Source: an uncultured Gammaproteobacteria bacterium (lineage in GTDB: Bacteria; Pseudomonadota; Gammaproteobacteria; CAWCPV01). Taken from it: DNA of 64,000 nucleotides. Of this stretch, positions 1-10,345 are shown in pieces (within the stretch, counting starts at the first letter, position 1; each line of letters starts with the position of its first letter). The stretch lies in assembly GCA_963797555.1 (NCBI GenBank), contig CAWCPV010000007.1:555546-619545 (forward strand). The letters run 5' to 3'. The notes below the pieces were generated by a model that had not been told where the DNA came from, made no database searches, and saw only the letters and a program-made list of their open reading frames with translations. Position numbers and translations under genes: made by a program.

Positions 1-2
1 AC

Positions 3-230
3 CTGCTCCTGATTCGCCCGCAGATGAAGCGAACCAAAGACCACAAGAAGATGGTGGAGACCCTCGCGAAGGGCGACGAGGTCGTGACCCAGGGCGGGCT
101 GCTGGGACGCATCGTCGAGGTGGGGGAGAACTTCCTCGTCGTGGAGGTGGCCGAAGGCGTCCGGGTGAAGGTGCAGAAGCATGCCGTCGCGACCCTGATG
201 CCGAAGGGGACTGTGAAGTCCCCGGACTGA
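3..230 (+). CDS. yajC: Preprotein translocase subunit YajC (5' end outside window)
   Basis: LLLIRPQ..KGDEVVTQGGLLGRI motif; directly upstream of secD-secF. Confidence 0.95.
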   Translation: MLLIRPQMKRTKDHKKMVETLAKGDEVVTQGGLLGRIVEVGENFLVVEVAEGVRVKVQKHAVATLMPKGTVKSPD

Positions 231-254
231 CGCCCGCCCCGGTCGCAGCTTCCC

Positions 255-2108
255 ATGAACCGTTATCCCTGGTGGAAGTACGTGCTCATCGCGGTGGTCG
301 TCGTGGTGGGCGTCATCTACGCGCTGCCCAATCTCTACGGCGACCAGCCCGCGCTGCAGATTTCCGCGACCCGCGGGGCGCCCGTCGACGCAGCGCTCGT
401 GACGAGGGTCGAGGGTCTCCTGAAGGGCGCAAATGTGCCCTATACGTCGGTGCGCGTAACCGGCGCCCAGATCCTGGTCAGGTTCAGCTCCACCGAGCCC
501 CAGCTCAAAGCCCTCGACTTGGTGCGTCAGGGATTGGGGGACGACTACGTGGTGGCGCTGCATCTCGCCTCCACGACGCCCGGCTGGATGCGTGCCCTCA
601 ATGCGCAGCCGATGTATTTAGGGCTCGACCTGCGAGGCGGCGTCTATTTCCTGCTGGAAGTCGACATGCAGGCCGCCGTGCATCAGGCCGAGGAGCGGTA
701 TCTGGGCGACATACGGTCCCTGCTGCGGGAGAAGCGTATCCGCTACCAGCGCGCCGAGCTGGTTCCGGGTGGCGTAGAGGTCACGTTCGGCAATCGGGAG
801 CAGCTCGATGCGGCACGGGAGGCGATTCATGGGGAGTACCGTGACTTGCTGCTGCGCGAGCCTTCCACGGAGGGCGGGCTCACGTTCGTGGCGGCTATAA
901 GCGAGCGTGAGAAGACGGCCATCAAAGGGCTGGCCCTGCAGCAGAACATCACCACGCTGCGCAACCGCGTCAACGAGCTTGGAGTCGCCGAGCCGCTCAT
1001 CCAGCAGCAGGGCCAGGAGCGCATCGTGGTGCAGCTCCCGGGGGTGCAGGACACGGCACGGGCGAAGGAAATCCTGGGCGCCACCGCGACCCTGGAGTTC
1101 CGCATGGTCGACATGGAGCACGACGCGCAGCAAGCGGTCGCGGGACACGTCCCGCCAGGCTCGCGTCTCTACTACGAGCGCAATGGCCGGCCGGTGCTGC
1201 TGAAGAACCAGGTGATGTTGACGGGCGACTACATCACCGATGCGAATTCGGGGGTCGACCAGCAGACCGGCAGCCCGGCGGTGTTCATCACCCTGGACGG
1301 CCGGGGCGCTCGCATCTTCAGCGACACCACCAAGCAGAATGTGGGCAAGCTGATGGCGGTGGTCTTCATCGAGACCAAGAGCGAGACCCGAACCGTCGAC
1401 GGCAAGCCGGTGAAGACGCATAAGAAGACCGAAGAGGTCATCAGCGTGGCCCGCATCCTGCAGCCGCTCGGAAGACGCTTCCAGATCACCGGACTGGAGA
1501 GCATGAACGAGGCCCACAATCTCGCGCTGCTGCTGCGCGCCGGAGCCTTGGCCGCGCCCATGGACATCGTCGAGGAGCGCACGGTCGGTCCGAGCCTGGG
1601 CCAGGACAATATCAACCAGGGGTTTCGGTCCACCATCATCGGCTTTGTGCTGGTGCTTATTTTCATGGCCGTCCGCTATCGGGTGTTCGGGCTGGTGGCA
1701 AACTTGGCGCTTACTCTGAATCTAGTGCTGATCGTGGCCATCATGTCCATGCTCCAGGCGACCCTCACCCTGCCGGGCATCGCCGGCATCGTGCTGACTC
1801 TCGGTATGGCGGTGGATGCCAACGTGCTGATCAACGAGCGCATCCGCGAGGAGCTTGCGGCCGGCAACAGTCCCCAAGCGAGCATTCACGCCGGCTATGA
1901 GCGTGCGATGGCCACCATCGCGGACGCCAACCTCACCACCCTGATCGCCGCCGTCGTGCTATTCGGATTCGGGACGGGGCCTATCAAGGGCTTCGCCGTC
2001 ACCCTGACGATCGGCATCCTGACCTCCATGTTCACCGCCATCATGGGGACCCGGGCGGTAATCAATCTGGCGTTCGGCGGCCGGCGCCTGCGCGCCCTGC
2101 CGGTCTGA
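255..2108 (+). CDS. secD: Protein translocase subunit SecD
   Basis: LGLDLRGGV, RVNELGVAEP, GMAVDANVLINERIREE motifs. Confidence 0.98.
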   Translation: MNRYPWWKYVLIAVVVVVGVIYALPNLYGDQPALQISATRGAPVDAALVTRVEGLLKGANVPYTSVRVTGAQILVRFSSTEPQLKALDLVRQGLGDDYVVALHLASTTPGWMRALNAQPMYLGLDLRGGVYFLLEVDMQAAVHQAEERYLGDIRSLLREKRIRYQRAELVPGGVEVTFGNREQLDAAREAIHGEYRDLLLREPSTEGGLTFVAAISEREKTAIKGLALQQNITTLRNRVNELGVAEPLIQQQGQERIVVQLPGVQDTARAKEILGATATLEFRMVDMEHDAQQAVAGHVPPGSRLYYERNGRPVLLKNQVMLTGDYITDANSGVDQQTGSPAVFITLDGRGARIFSDTTKQNVGKLMAVVFIETKSETRTVDGKPVKTHKKTEEVISVARILQPLGRRFQITGLESMNEAHNLALLLRAGALAAPMDIVEERTVGPSLGQDNINQGFRSTIIGFVLVLIFMAVRYRVFGLVANLALTLNLVLIVAIMSMLQATLTLPGIAGIVLTLGMAVDANVLINERIREELAAGNSPQASIHAGYERAMATIADANLTTLIAAVVLFGFGTGPIKGFAVTLTIGILTSMFTAIMGTRAVINLAFGGRRLRALPV

Positions 2109-2117
2109 GAAGCCATC

Positions 2118-3041
2118 ATGGCCAGGGAGTACACACAGTTTCACTTCGACTTCATGGCGCAGCGCAAGCTCTGGCTGATGGTGTCGGCGCTGATGTTGGT
2201 CGTGTCCGTGCTGTCCGTCGCGATTCGCGGACTGAACTTGGGTATCGACTTCACGGGAGGCACGGTGATCGAGCTCGGCTACCGCGAGCCCGTCGAGCTT
2301 CACGGAGTGCGCTCGGCCCTGGAAACGGGCGGGTTGAGCGGTGCCGTTGCGCAGCACTTCGGGACCGCCCGCGACGTGCTGGTGCGGCTGCCTCCGCGGG
2401 AGGCGACCAGCGCCAAGCTGAGCACCCAGGCCATGGACCTTCTGACGCGCGCCTCGCCCCAGAATCCACCCGAGCTTCGGCGCGTGGAGTACGTGGGTCC
2501 GCAGGTGGGCGGCGAGCTGGTGGAGGCCGGGGGGTTGTCCCTCATTTTGGTGCTGCTGGGGATCCTGATCTATATCGCTCTGCGTTTCGAATATCGCTTC
2601 GCGGTCGGGGCCGTGATCGCCACCGTGCACGACCCGGTGCTCATCGTCGGCGTGTTCTCGCTATTCCAGATTGAGTTCGACCTCACGGTGCTGGCGGCCG
2701 TCCTGGCGGTCATCGGTTACTCGGTGAACGACACCATCGTGGTCTACGACCGCATCCGGGAGAACTTCCGCAAGATGCGCAAGGGGACCACTCTCGAGAT
2801 CGTCAACGCCTCCGTCAACCAGACGCTCACGCGCAGTATCATGACCTCCGTCACCACGATGCTGGTCGTCGTGGCCCTGTTCTTCTTCGGCGGTGAGATC
2901 ATCCACGGATTCTCCCTCGCGCTCATCCTGGGCATCGTGGTCGGCACGTACTCTTCCATCTACGTGGCGAGTGCGGCCGCGGTCATGCTAGGGGTGAGCC
3001 GGGCCGATCTGATGCCGGTGAAGAAGGAGGGGGCCGGCTGA
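2118..3041 (+). CDS. secF: Protein translocase subunit SecF
   Basis: LNLGIDFTGG, GYSVNDTIVVYDRIRENF motifs. Confidence 0.98.
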   Translation: MAREYTQFHFDFMAQRKLWLMVSALMLVVSVLSVAIRGLNLGIDFTGGTVIELGYREPVELHGVRSALETGGLSGAVAQHFGTARDVLVRLPPREATSAKLSTQAMDLLTRASPQNPPELRRVEYVGPQVGGELVEAGGLSLILVLLGILIYIALRFEYRFAVGAVIATVHDPVLIVGVFSLFQIEFDLTVLAAVLAVIGYSVNDTIVVYDRIRENFRKMRKGTTLEIVNASVNQTLTRSIMTSVTTMLVVVALFFFGGEIIHGFSLALILGIVVGTYSSIYVASAAAVMLGVSRADLMPVKKEGAG

Positions 3042-3120
3042 CCCGAAGGGGCTTACCAGAGGGTGAGCTGTGCGCCGTGAAGGCGCGGGCTTTGGTCTTT
3101 GCCTTGCAAAGGCTGGCGGC

Positions 3121-3921
3121 CTAGCGCCGCAGAGCGGGCGGCAGGCAAGGCCCGAGCACCTCGAGCATCGCCTCGGCGACGGGCGGGGTGCCCGCAATGA
3201 TGTTGCCCGTGGCGAGGAAATCGCCACCCCCGGCAAAGTCACTGACGAAGCCCCCGGCCTCCTGTACCAGAAGGGCGCCGGCGGCCATGTCCCACGGGCT
3301 CAGCCCGATCTCCCAGAAGCCGTCCAGGCGCCCGGCCGCCACATAGGCCAAGTCCAGGGCCGCGGAGCCTGTCCGGCGTATCCCGGAGGTCTGCGGAAAC
3401 AGTGCTCGGAACGTGCACAGGTAGTCGTCGAGGTATTCCTGGCGCCGGAACGGAAATCCCGTCCCCAGAAGGGCCGCGTCCAGGTGTTTGACCTTGCTGA
3501 CGCGGAGGCGACGGTCGTTGAGGGCTGCGCCGCCCCCGCGGGAGGCGGTGAACAGCTCGTTGCGAAGGGGGTCGAAGATCACCCCGTGCTGCAGGTTTCC
3601 GCGATGGCGCAGGGCGATGGCGACGGCGAACTGGGGAAAGCCGTGCAGGAAGTTCGTGGTGCCGTCCAGAGGGTCGATGACCCACTGATACTCGTCACCG
3701 CTCTGGCTGCCGCTCTCCTCGGCCAGAATCGAATGGTCGGGATAGGCTTTGTGGAGCACGGCGATGATGGTTCGCTCGGCCAGGCGATCCACCTCGCTCA
3801 CGAAGTCATGGTGGTCCTTCTCGGCTACGGCGACGCTGTCCACGCGATCGACGTATCGCAGGATCATGTTGCCGGCGCTGCGTGCGGCGCGGACAGCCAT
3901 ATTCAGCATGGGGTGTTGCAT
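3121..3921 (-). CDS. suhB: Inositol monophosphatase SuhB
   Basis: WVIDPLDGTTNF, WDMAAG motifs; divergent from trmJ as in other gammaproteobacteria. Confidence 0.95.
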   Translation of the reverse strand: MQHPMLNMAVRAARSAGNMILRYVDRVDSVAVAEKDHHDFVSEVDRLAERTIIAVLHKAYPDHSILAEESGSQSGDEYQWVIDPLDGTTNFLHGFPQFAVAIALRHRGNLQHGVIFDPLRNELFTASRGGGAALNDRRLRVSKVKHLDAALLGTGFPFRRQEYLDDYLCTFRALFPQTSGIRRTGSAALDLAYVAAGRLDGFWEIGLSPWDMAAGALLVQEAGGFVSDFAGGGDFLATGNIIAGTPPVAEAMLEVLGPCLPPALRR

Positions 3922-4196
3922 GGGGGCGATTCCGGGGATGGCCGAGCCGGCTGTGACGTTGCGAGCGATGCCCGGCCGGTCGCGCGGGCGTTACGCTATG
4001 GGGCACGAAGGGCGAGCACTGCCGGGCTCAAACCGTGCCGCCGTTCCGGCTGGGCGGCCCGCCTGCGGCAGTCCAGGGCGAGGCGTGTCTATTATCTCCG
4101 AACGCGCTTGCCAAGTCATCGGCTGAATATGGTACCCGAGCGTGCAAGGCGGGCCTGAGCCCCATCTCGGGCTCGGTGCGTCGGTTGCTAACAGGC

Positions 4197-4986
4197 ATGT
4201 CGAGATCCAACCTCGGGCAAGGGCCCAGCGACCCCCGTCCACGTATCCGATTCGTGCTGGTGAATACGTCGCATCCGGGGAACATCGGCGCGGCGGCCCG
4301 CGCCATGAAGACCATGGGCTTGCACCAGCTCTATCTGGTCAATCCGAAGACCCCCCTGAACGCCGAGGCGACGGCCCGTGCCTCGGGTGCGGACGACGTT
4401 CCTGGCCGCCGCAACGGTTTGCGGTGAGCTGGACGAGGCGCTCGGCGACTGTGTCTTGATATGCGGCACCAGCGCACGGTCTAGGCACCTCCCGTGGCCG
4501 CAACTGGAGCCCCGTGAGGCTGCGAGGGAGGTCGCTCGGCAGGCGGGGTGTGGGGCGGTGGCGGTGGTGTTTGGCGGCGAGCACTCGGGCTTGAGCAACG
4601 CGGAGCTGGAACGGTGTCACTTCCTGGTATCCATCCCTACGGGCGAAGAGTACCGTTCTCTGAACCTCGCGGCGGCTGTCCAGGTTGTCGCCTACGAGAT
4701 CCTGCTCGCGGCCAGAGCGCCCATGACGGGGGAGGGGCCGCGTGCGGACTATGCGACAGCGGAGGACATGGAGCGGCTCTACGCCCACCTGCAGCAGACA
4801 CTCGTCTCGATCGGCTTCCTGGACCCCACCAATCCGCGCCACTTGATGCGGCGCCTCAAGCGCCTGTTGGTCCGTGCGCGACCGGACAAGGTGGAGGTGA
4901 GCATCTTGCGGGGCATATTGACGGCCGCGCAACGGCTCGCGCGGCCGGCAAGAGCGCTCGGTGACAGGGGCAATGATGTTGAGTAA
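4197..4986 (+). CDS. trmJ: tRNA (C32/U32-2'-O)-methyltransferase TrmJ; +1 frameshift near 4400, probably a sequencing error
   Basis: [23 protein letters not shown] in ORF 4035-4427; GLSNAEL and [10 protein letters not shown] in ORF 4378-4986. Confidence 0.9.
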
Positions 4987-4999
4987 CATAGTCAGGTAT
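4975..4999 (+). promoter_or_regulatory. Putative type-1 IscR binding site upstream of cysE
   Basis: GATGTTGAGTAACATAGTCAGGTAT versus consensus ATASYYGACTRWWWYAGTCRRSTAT; right half matches fully. Confidence 0.6.
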
Positions 5000-5015
5000 G
5001 AAGTCGGAGTGAACG

Positions 5016-5822
5016 ATGTTTGACCGTCTGCGCGAAGATGTGCGCTGCGTATTCGAGCGGGATCCTTCCGCACGAACGACCTGGGAGGTACTGACCACTT
5101 ATCCGGGGTTCCACGCGATACGGCTGCATCGGCTCAGCCACGCCCTGTGGAGTGCGAACTGGAAATGGCTGGCACGGTGGTTATCGGCCGTGGGCCGTTG
5201 GCTGACGGGCATCGAGATTCACCCGGCGGCGCAGATCGGACGTCGTTTCTTCGTCGATCACGGCATGGGTGTGGTGATCGGCGAAACGGCGGAGATCGGC
5301 GACGACTGCACCCTCTACCATGGGGTCACTCTGGGGGGCACGAGCTGGCAGAAGGGGAAGCGACATCCGACCCTGGGTGACAACGTGGTGGTCGGGGCGG
5401 GGGCTACGGTTCTCGGCCCCATCACGGTAGGTGACGGGGCTCGCATCGGCTCCAACGCGGTGGTCGTCAAGGAGGTACCCGCGGGTGCGACAGTAGTCGG
5501 TGTGCCCGGCCACGTGGTGAGCGGCTTCGGCGGAGAGTTGGAGGAACGCCGCCGCGCCGTGGCCAAGAGGATGGGATTTGACGCATACGGGATGAAGCGT
5601 GACATGCCCGACCCCCTGGCGCACGCCATCAACTGCATGCTGGACCATATCCATGCCATGGACCAACGCATGGACGCGATGGCGCAGACGTTACACAGAC
5701 TGGGCATCGAGGTAGATGGCGGGGACCTCCCCAGCCTGGACGCGTGCGAGATCGACGAGGCCCACGTACCGTCGGGAACCCCTTCGGAAGAGGCCGTAAG
5801 AGCGAGGGCCTCGGGTAAATAG
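5016..5822 (+). CDS. cysE: Serine O-acetyltransferase
   Basis: [29 protein letters not shown] hexapeptide-repeat motifs. Confidence 0.97.
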   Translation: MFDRLREDVRCVFERDPSARTTWEVLTTYPGFHAIRLHRLSHALWSANWKWLARWLSAVGRWLTGIEIHPAAQIGRRFFVDHGMGVVIGETAEIGDDCTLYHGVTLGGTSWQKGKRHPTLGDNVVVGAGATVLGPITVGDGARIGSNAVVVKEVPAGATVVGVPGHVVSGFGGELEERRRAVAKRMGFDAYGMKRDMPDPLAHAINCMLDHIHAMDQRMDAMAQTLHRLGIEVDGGDLPSLDACEIDEAHVPSGTPSEEAVRARASGK

Positions 5823-5843
5823 TTGAATAAAATGCTAAGGTTA
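5819..5843 (+). promoter_or_regulatory. Putative IscR autoregulatory site / iscR promoter
   Basis: AT-rich ATAGTTGAATAAAATGCTAAGGTTA resembling the type-1 IscR box, directly upstream of iscR. Confidence 0.6.
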
Positions 5844-5880
5844 AGGTATGATGTCTTGCCACCAAATGAGGTGATCGATC

Positions 5881-6378
5881 ATGAAGTTGACGACGAAGGG
5901 CCGCTATGCGGTGACGGCGATGCTGGATCTTGCGCTGCACCAGGCCGAAGGCCCCATCACGCTGGCGGACATTTCTGAGCGCCAGGGTATTTCGGTCTCC
6001 TACTTGGAACAGCTATTCGCTCGACTGCGGAAGAAGGGCTTGGTAGAGAGCACCCGCGGGCCGGGGGGAGGTTATCGGCTGAGCCGTGACGGGGGCCAGA
6101 TCGCCGTCGCCAACGTCATCTCGGCCGTGGACGAAAAGGTGGATGCCACCCGCTGCGGCGGAAAGGTCAACTGCCAGGACGAGCAGCAGTGTCTGACCCA
6201 TGACCTGTGGATGGATCTGAGCCATCAGATCCAGAGCTTCCTCTCCTCCATCACCCTGAGCGACCTCGTCGCGCGCCGTGGCGTCAAGGAGGTCTCTCGG
6301 CGCCAGGATCACCTGTTTCGGGGCCGTTATTCCGCGCATGGGCCGAGCCTGAAAGGGGCGCGCGTGGGGCCTGCCTGA
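5881..6378 (+). CDS. iscR: Fe-S cluster assembly regulator IscR (Rrf2 family)
   Basis: [25 protein letters not shown], three Cys ligands plus THDLW. Confidence 0.97.
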   Translation: MKLTTKGRYAVTAMLDLALHQAEGPITLADISERQGISVSYLEQLFARLRKKGLVESTRGPGGGYRLSRDGGQIAVANVISAVDEKVDATRCGGKVNCQDEQQCLTHDLWMDLSHQIQSFLSSITLSDLVARRGVKEVSRRQDHLFRGRYSAHGPSLKGARVGPA

Positions 6379-6390
6379 CCGCGTCAGGTC

Positions 6391-7548
6391 GTGGGAGTCT
6401 CTACTTATCTGGATCACAACGCCAGCACTCCTCTGGACCCGCGGGTGCTGGATGCCATGACGCCCTATCTGAGCGGGTGCTGGGCCAATCCTTCAAGCAT
6501 ACACGCCCCCGGCCGTCAAGCCCGACAGGCCATAGACCAGGCGCGGGAGCAGGTGGCGGCCCTGGTGGGCGCGCACCCTACCCGAGTCGTGTTCACCTCG
6601 GGCGGCACCGAGGCTAACAATCTAGCTCTCAAGGGATATGCTCAGGTCGTCGGCCGCGGATGCTTCGCGGTAAGCGCGGTGGAGCATGCCTCCGTGCTCG
6701 GACCTGCCCTGGCGCTGGAACATCGGGGCTGGCAGGTGGACATCCTTCCGGTGGACGGCGAGGGACGCCTGATCCTGACGGCTCTCGTCGAGAGTCTGGA
6801 TCATTGCACTGGGCTGGTGTCGGTCATGATGGCGAACAACGAGACCGGCGTTCTGCAAGAACTCCCCGCCATCAGCGATGCGGTGCGGGCCGCGGGAGGT
6901 CTGTTGCATACGGACGCCGTACAGGCCGCCGGCAAGGTGCCCGTTGATTTCCAGCGCTGCGGCGCCCATATGTTGAGCTTGTCCGCCCATAAGCTCGGAG
7001 GCCCCAAAGGGGCCGGTGCGCTCATCGTAAACAACGCGGTGGAGCTGGAGCCCATACTCGTCGGCGGCGGACAGGAGCGCGGCTTGCGCGGCGGCACGGA
7101 AAACGTTCCGGCGATCGTCGGATTCGGCGTGGCGGCAGAGCTGGCCGCCTCCGAGATCGGGCAGCGTCGCGAGCAAATGCTGGCGCTGCGCCGCAAGCTG
7201 GAAGCGGAGCTTGCCGCCATGCCGGAGGTGCGGGTATTCGGGCAAGAGGCGGAGCGACTTCCCAACACGGTCATGTTCAGCCTGCCGGGTATCGCGGGTG
7301 AGACCTTGCTGATGGGTCTCGACCGTGCGGGCTTTGCGCTCGCCAGCGGCTCTGCCTGCTCCAGCCAAGGGGCAAACCCGAGCCACGTGCTTCTTGCCAT
7401 GGGTGTCGATGCGGCCCTCGCCCACGGCGCGGTGCGGGTGAGCTTTGGCCCGACCAATGAGCTGCAGGACGTGGAGCGCCTTTGCCGGGAGCTGGGCGCG
7501 GCGCAGCGACCGCAGGTGGGGTCCGCCGTGGCGGCTTGGGAAGGATGA
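6391..7548 (+). CDS. iscS: Cysteine desulfurase (IscS/NifS family)
   Basis: YLDHNAST, FTSGGTE, SAHK PLP lysine, SGSACSS catalytic Cys. Confidence 0.88.
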   Translation: MGVSTYLDHNASTPLDPRVLDAMTPYLSGCWANPSSIHAPGRQARQAIDQAREQVAALVGAHPTRVVFTSGGTEANNLALKGYAQVVGRGCFAVSAVEHASVLGPALALEHRGWQVDILPVDGEGRLILTALVESLDHCTGLVSVMMANNETGVLQELPAISDAVRAAGGLLHTDAVQAAGKVPVDFQRCGAHMLSLSAHKLGGPKGAGALIVNNAVELEPILVGGGQERGLRGGTENVPAIVGFGVAAELAASEIGQRREQMLALRRKLEAELAAMPEVRVFGQEAERLPNTVMFSLPGIAGETLLMGLDRAGFALASGSACSSQGANPSHVLLAMGVDAALAHGAVRVSFGPTNELQDVERLCRELGAAQRPQVGSAVAAWEG

Positions 7549-7640
7549 GAACCTTGTGCTGCGGGTGTTCCGACGCTGGCGCGTGGGGTACTCGCGGCGC
7601 GTTGCCGTAGATATCGAGGCAGTACTCAGGAGGTTCAGCT

Positions 7641-7964
7641 ATGTCTATCACACTGACCGAGGCGGCTGCACAGCACGTGCAGAAGTCGCTGACCAAGCGC
7701 GGAAAGGGCCAAGGACTGCGCGTCGGGGTGCGTAAGTCAGGTTGCTCGGGCCTCGCTTACGTCGTGGAGCTGGCGGACGTAGCCGCCCCGGAGGATGAGG
7801 TCTTCGAGAACCACGGCGTCCGGTTGTTCGTCGACCGCAGGAGTCTGGTCTACCTAGACGGCACGGAGCTGGACTACCGCAAGGAGGGCCTGAACGAGGG
7901 GTTTCGTTTCAACAACCCCAACGTCCGCAGTCAGTGCGGCTGCGGCGAGAGCTTCAACACCTAG
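7641..7964 (+). CDS. iscA: Fe-S assembly A-type carrier IscA
   Basis: GCSGLAY and C-terminal CGCGESF. Confidence 0.95.
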   Translation: MSITLTEAAAQHVQKSLTKRGKGQGLRVGVRKSGCSGLAYVVELADVAAPEDEVFENHGVRLFVDRRSLVYLDGTELDYRKEGLNEGFRFNNPNVRSQCGCGESFNT

Positions 7965-7965
7965 C

Positions 7966-7989
7966 ACGCATCCTGTTTTCGGGATGCGC
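7966..7989 (+). terminator. Hairpin directly after iscA (possible terminator)
   Basis: CGCATCCTG-TTTT-CGGGATGCG stem-loop; no clear U tail. Confidence 0.35.
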
Positions 7990-8242
7990 GCGGTGCATCG
8001 CCGTGCGCTACTGGCCCACCGCCCGCCCTCGCATCCCAGGCATCAGCGCTGCGCGCGTTGCTAAGCCCAGCCTCCCGGCAGCCCAGCCGTTTGCCTCCTC
8101 CGTTCATCTGGCGCTAGACTAAGTGCCGCGCGGGTCTCAGGCCAGCCTTTTGGGCCAGCCTAGCGCCCGCCGAGCCTCGTCGGGGCAAGGTGAAGGGCGA
8201 CGGCGCATGCGACGGCCTACGCGGTCGCGTAGGCGAGGGTCA

Positions 8243-8320
8243 GTGGTGCCAAGAAGGGAGTTGGTGGTCATCAAGCCTGAGTCGGTGGCTAAGAAACTCG
8301 GCGCACGAGCGTTCACGGGC
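8243..8320 (+). pseudogene. ndk: Relic of the nucleoside diphosphate kinase N-terminus
   Basis: VVPRRELVVIKPESVAKKLG resembles Ndk ERTLSIIKPDAVAKNVIG, at the usual ndk position upstream of rlmN; the rest of the gene is absent. Confidence 0.55.
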
Positions 8321-8468
8321 GTAGACTGCGGTGGCACTCGCGATGCCGCCGCCCCAGGGTGCACCCTCGACGGCGGCAGGTGGAGGTGGTTTCACGATGT
8401 CCGCCGGCTTGGCCCGTCCTGTCGGTGCGCATGATCCCGCCAGACATGGCATCGGTTCTCCAAGTCTG

Positions 8469-9584
8469 ATGCATTCTTCTCCTGCTGACATCCATTCTCG
8501 GCCCGCCAGGGTCAATCTCCTGGGATTGGACCGAGCGGCCCTAGCGGGCTTTTTCGCGCAGAACGGCGAGAAGCCGTTCCGCACCGACCAGGTCATGAAA
8601 TGGGTCCACCAGTTGGGCGTCGCGGACTTCGCTGCGATGACGAATCTCAGCAAGGACCTGCGCGTCCGCCTGCATGAGGTGGCCGAGGTGCGAGCGCCCG
8701 AACTGGTGACAGAAGATGCGGGGCAGGACGGCACGCTGAAGTGGCTGCTTCGCCTCGACGGCGGCAACTGCATCGAGACGGTGTTCATTCCGGAAGCCGG
8801 GCGCAACACCCTTTGCGTCTCATCCCAAGTGGGATGTGCCCTGGAATGCGCGTTCTGCGCCACGGGAAGCCAGGGCTTCAACCGCAACTTGACTAGCGCC
8901 GAGATCATCGGCCAGCTTTGGCTCGCACGCCGGATGCTGCGCGCGCGTGACCCGCGTCTGGGCATCAGTAACCTGGTGCTGATGGGCATGGGCGAGCCGC
9001 TGTTGAACTTCCACAACGTGGTGGCAGCATTGCGTTTGATGCTGGAAGACCTGGCCTACGGCCTGTCCTGGCGCCGCGTTACGCTGAGTACGGCTGGCGT
9101 CGTGCCGGCCATCGACCGCTTGGCGGAAGCCTGCCCGGTGAACCTCGCGGTCTCGCTTCACGCGCCCGACGACGCGCTGCGCAGCGAGCTGGTCCCATTG
9201 AACAGGAAGTATCCTTTGGGCGCGTTGCTGGATGCATGCCGCCGCTACGCAAGACAGGATCGGCGGTGCAGGATAACGTTCGAATACGTGTTACTCGACG
9301 GAGTCAACGATTCACCCACCCAAGCGCGCTCGCTGGTCCGCCTGCTCCAGGACATCCCCGCGAAGGTCAATTTGATTCCGTTCAACTCTTTCCCTGGAAC
9401 GCGATTCCAATGCTCGGGGGCGGAGGCCATCGAGCGCTTTCGGGGGGTTCTCATGGCTGCGGGCCTGGTCACGGTCACGCGCAGGACGCGAGGTTCGGAT
9501 ATCGCTGCGGCATGCGGGCAACTGGCGGGCCAAGTGGCCGACCGTACCAAGCGCCGCCTCGGGCGCGGGGATCTGGTGCATTGA
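8469..9584 (+). CDS. rlmN: Dual-specificity RNA methyltransferase RlmN (start approximate)
   Basis: [15 protein letters not shown] radical SAM motif, MGMGEPL, AACGQL. Confidence 0.96.
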   Translation: MHSSPADIHSRPARVNLLGLDRAALAGFFAQNGEKPFRTDQVMKWVHQLGVADFAAMTNLSKDLRVRLHEVAEVRAPELVTEDAGQDGTLKWLLRLDGGNCIETVFIPEAGRNTLCVSSQVGCALECAFCATGSQGFNRNLTSAEIIGQLWLARRMLRARDPRLGISNLVLMGMGEPLLNFHNVVAALRLMLEDLAYGLSWRRVTLSTAGVVPAIDRLAEACPVNLAVSLHAPDDALRSELVPLNRKYPLGALLDACRRYARQDRRCRITFEYVLLDGVNDSPTQARSLVRLLQDIPAKVNLIPFNSFPGTRFQCSGAEAIERFRGVLMAAGLVTVTRRTRGSDIAAACGQLAGQVADRTKRRLGRGDLVH

Positions 9585-10345
9585 CGAGGCGGCGGTTGCT
9601 CTGCGGGCTCGCGCTGGCGGCCGCACTGGCAGGCTGCACCAACCAGCCGACACGGCCAACGTCCGGTGAGAGCCCGGGCGCGCCCTTGATCAAGCTCGGT
9701 GTGGCGTACATGGAGCGGGGGGATCAGGCGGTGGCGCTGCAGAAGCTGCAGCGCGGTCTGGAGCTGGACCCGAACCTGCCCACCGGGCACTATGCGATTG
9801 CGTTGCTCTACGAGCAGTTGGGGGAGCTGGACAAGGCGGAGAAGCATTTTCGCCGCGCCATCTCTCTGCAGCCGGATTATGCCGAGGCACACAATGCCTA
9901 CGGCGCGTTCCTGTGCCGCAAGGGGCAGTTCGATGCGGCGGACAAGCAGTTCATGATCGCTGCCCAGAACCCCCTGTACAGCACGCGAGGCCTGGCTTAC
10001 GCGAACGCAGGACTGTGCGCTCTCAGGCGGCCCGACGCGGCCTCGGCGGAGAAGTATTTCCGGGAGGCATTGCGCATCAACCCGACGCAGTCCACTGCCC
10101 TGTTTCAGATGGCCGCGCTGAGCTATGAAGCCGGTCGCTACCTCAATGCACGGGCGTACCTGCAGCGCTACCAGGAGGTCGGGCCGCAGACCCCTGAGAC
10201 GCTGTGGCTCGGTGTGCGCACGGAGCGTCAGTTGGGCGACGGGAAGGCAGCGGCGGGTTACGCGCTCCTCCTGCGGGAGCGATACCCGGACTCCGAGCAG
10301 GCGCAGCAGCTCCAAGCGATCGACAAGGGAGGAGCGGAGCAGTGA
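9581..10345 (+). CDS. pilW: Type IV pilus biogenesis TPR lipoprotein PilW/PilF
   Basis: TTG start overlaps the rlmN stop; lipobox ALAGC; TPR repeats; rlmN-pilW-rodZ synteny. Confidence 0.92.
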   Translation: MTRRRLLCGLALAAALAGCTNQPTRPTSGESPGAPLIKLGVAYMERGDQAVALQKLQRGLELDPNLPTGHYAIALLYEQLGELDKAEKHFRRAISLQPDYAEAHNAYGAFLCRKGQFDAADKQFMIAAQNPLYSTRGLAYANAGLCALRRPDAASAEKYFREALRINPTQSTALFQMAALSYEAGRYLNARAYLQRYQEVGPQTPETLWLGVRTERQLGDGKAAAGYALLLRERYPDSEQAQQLQAIDKGGAEQ

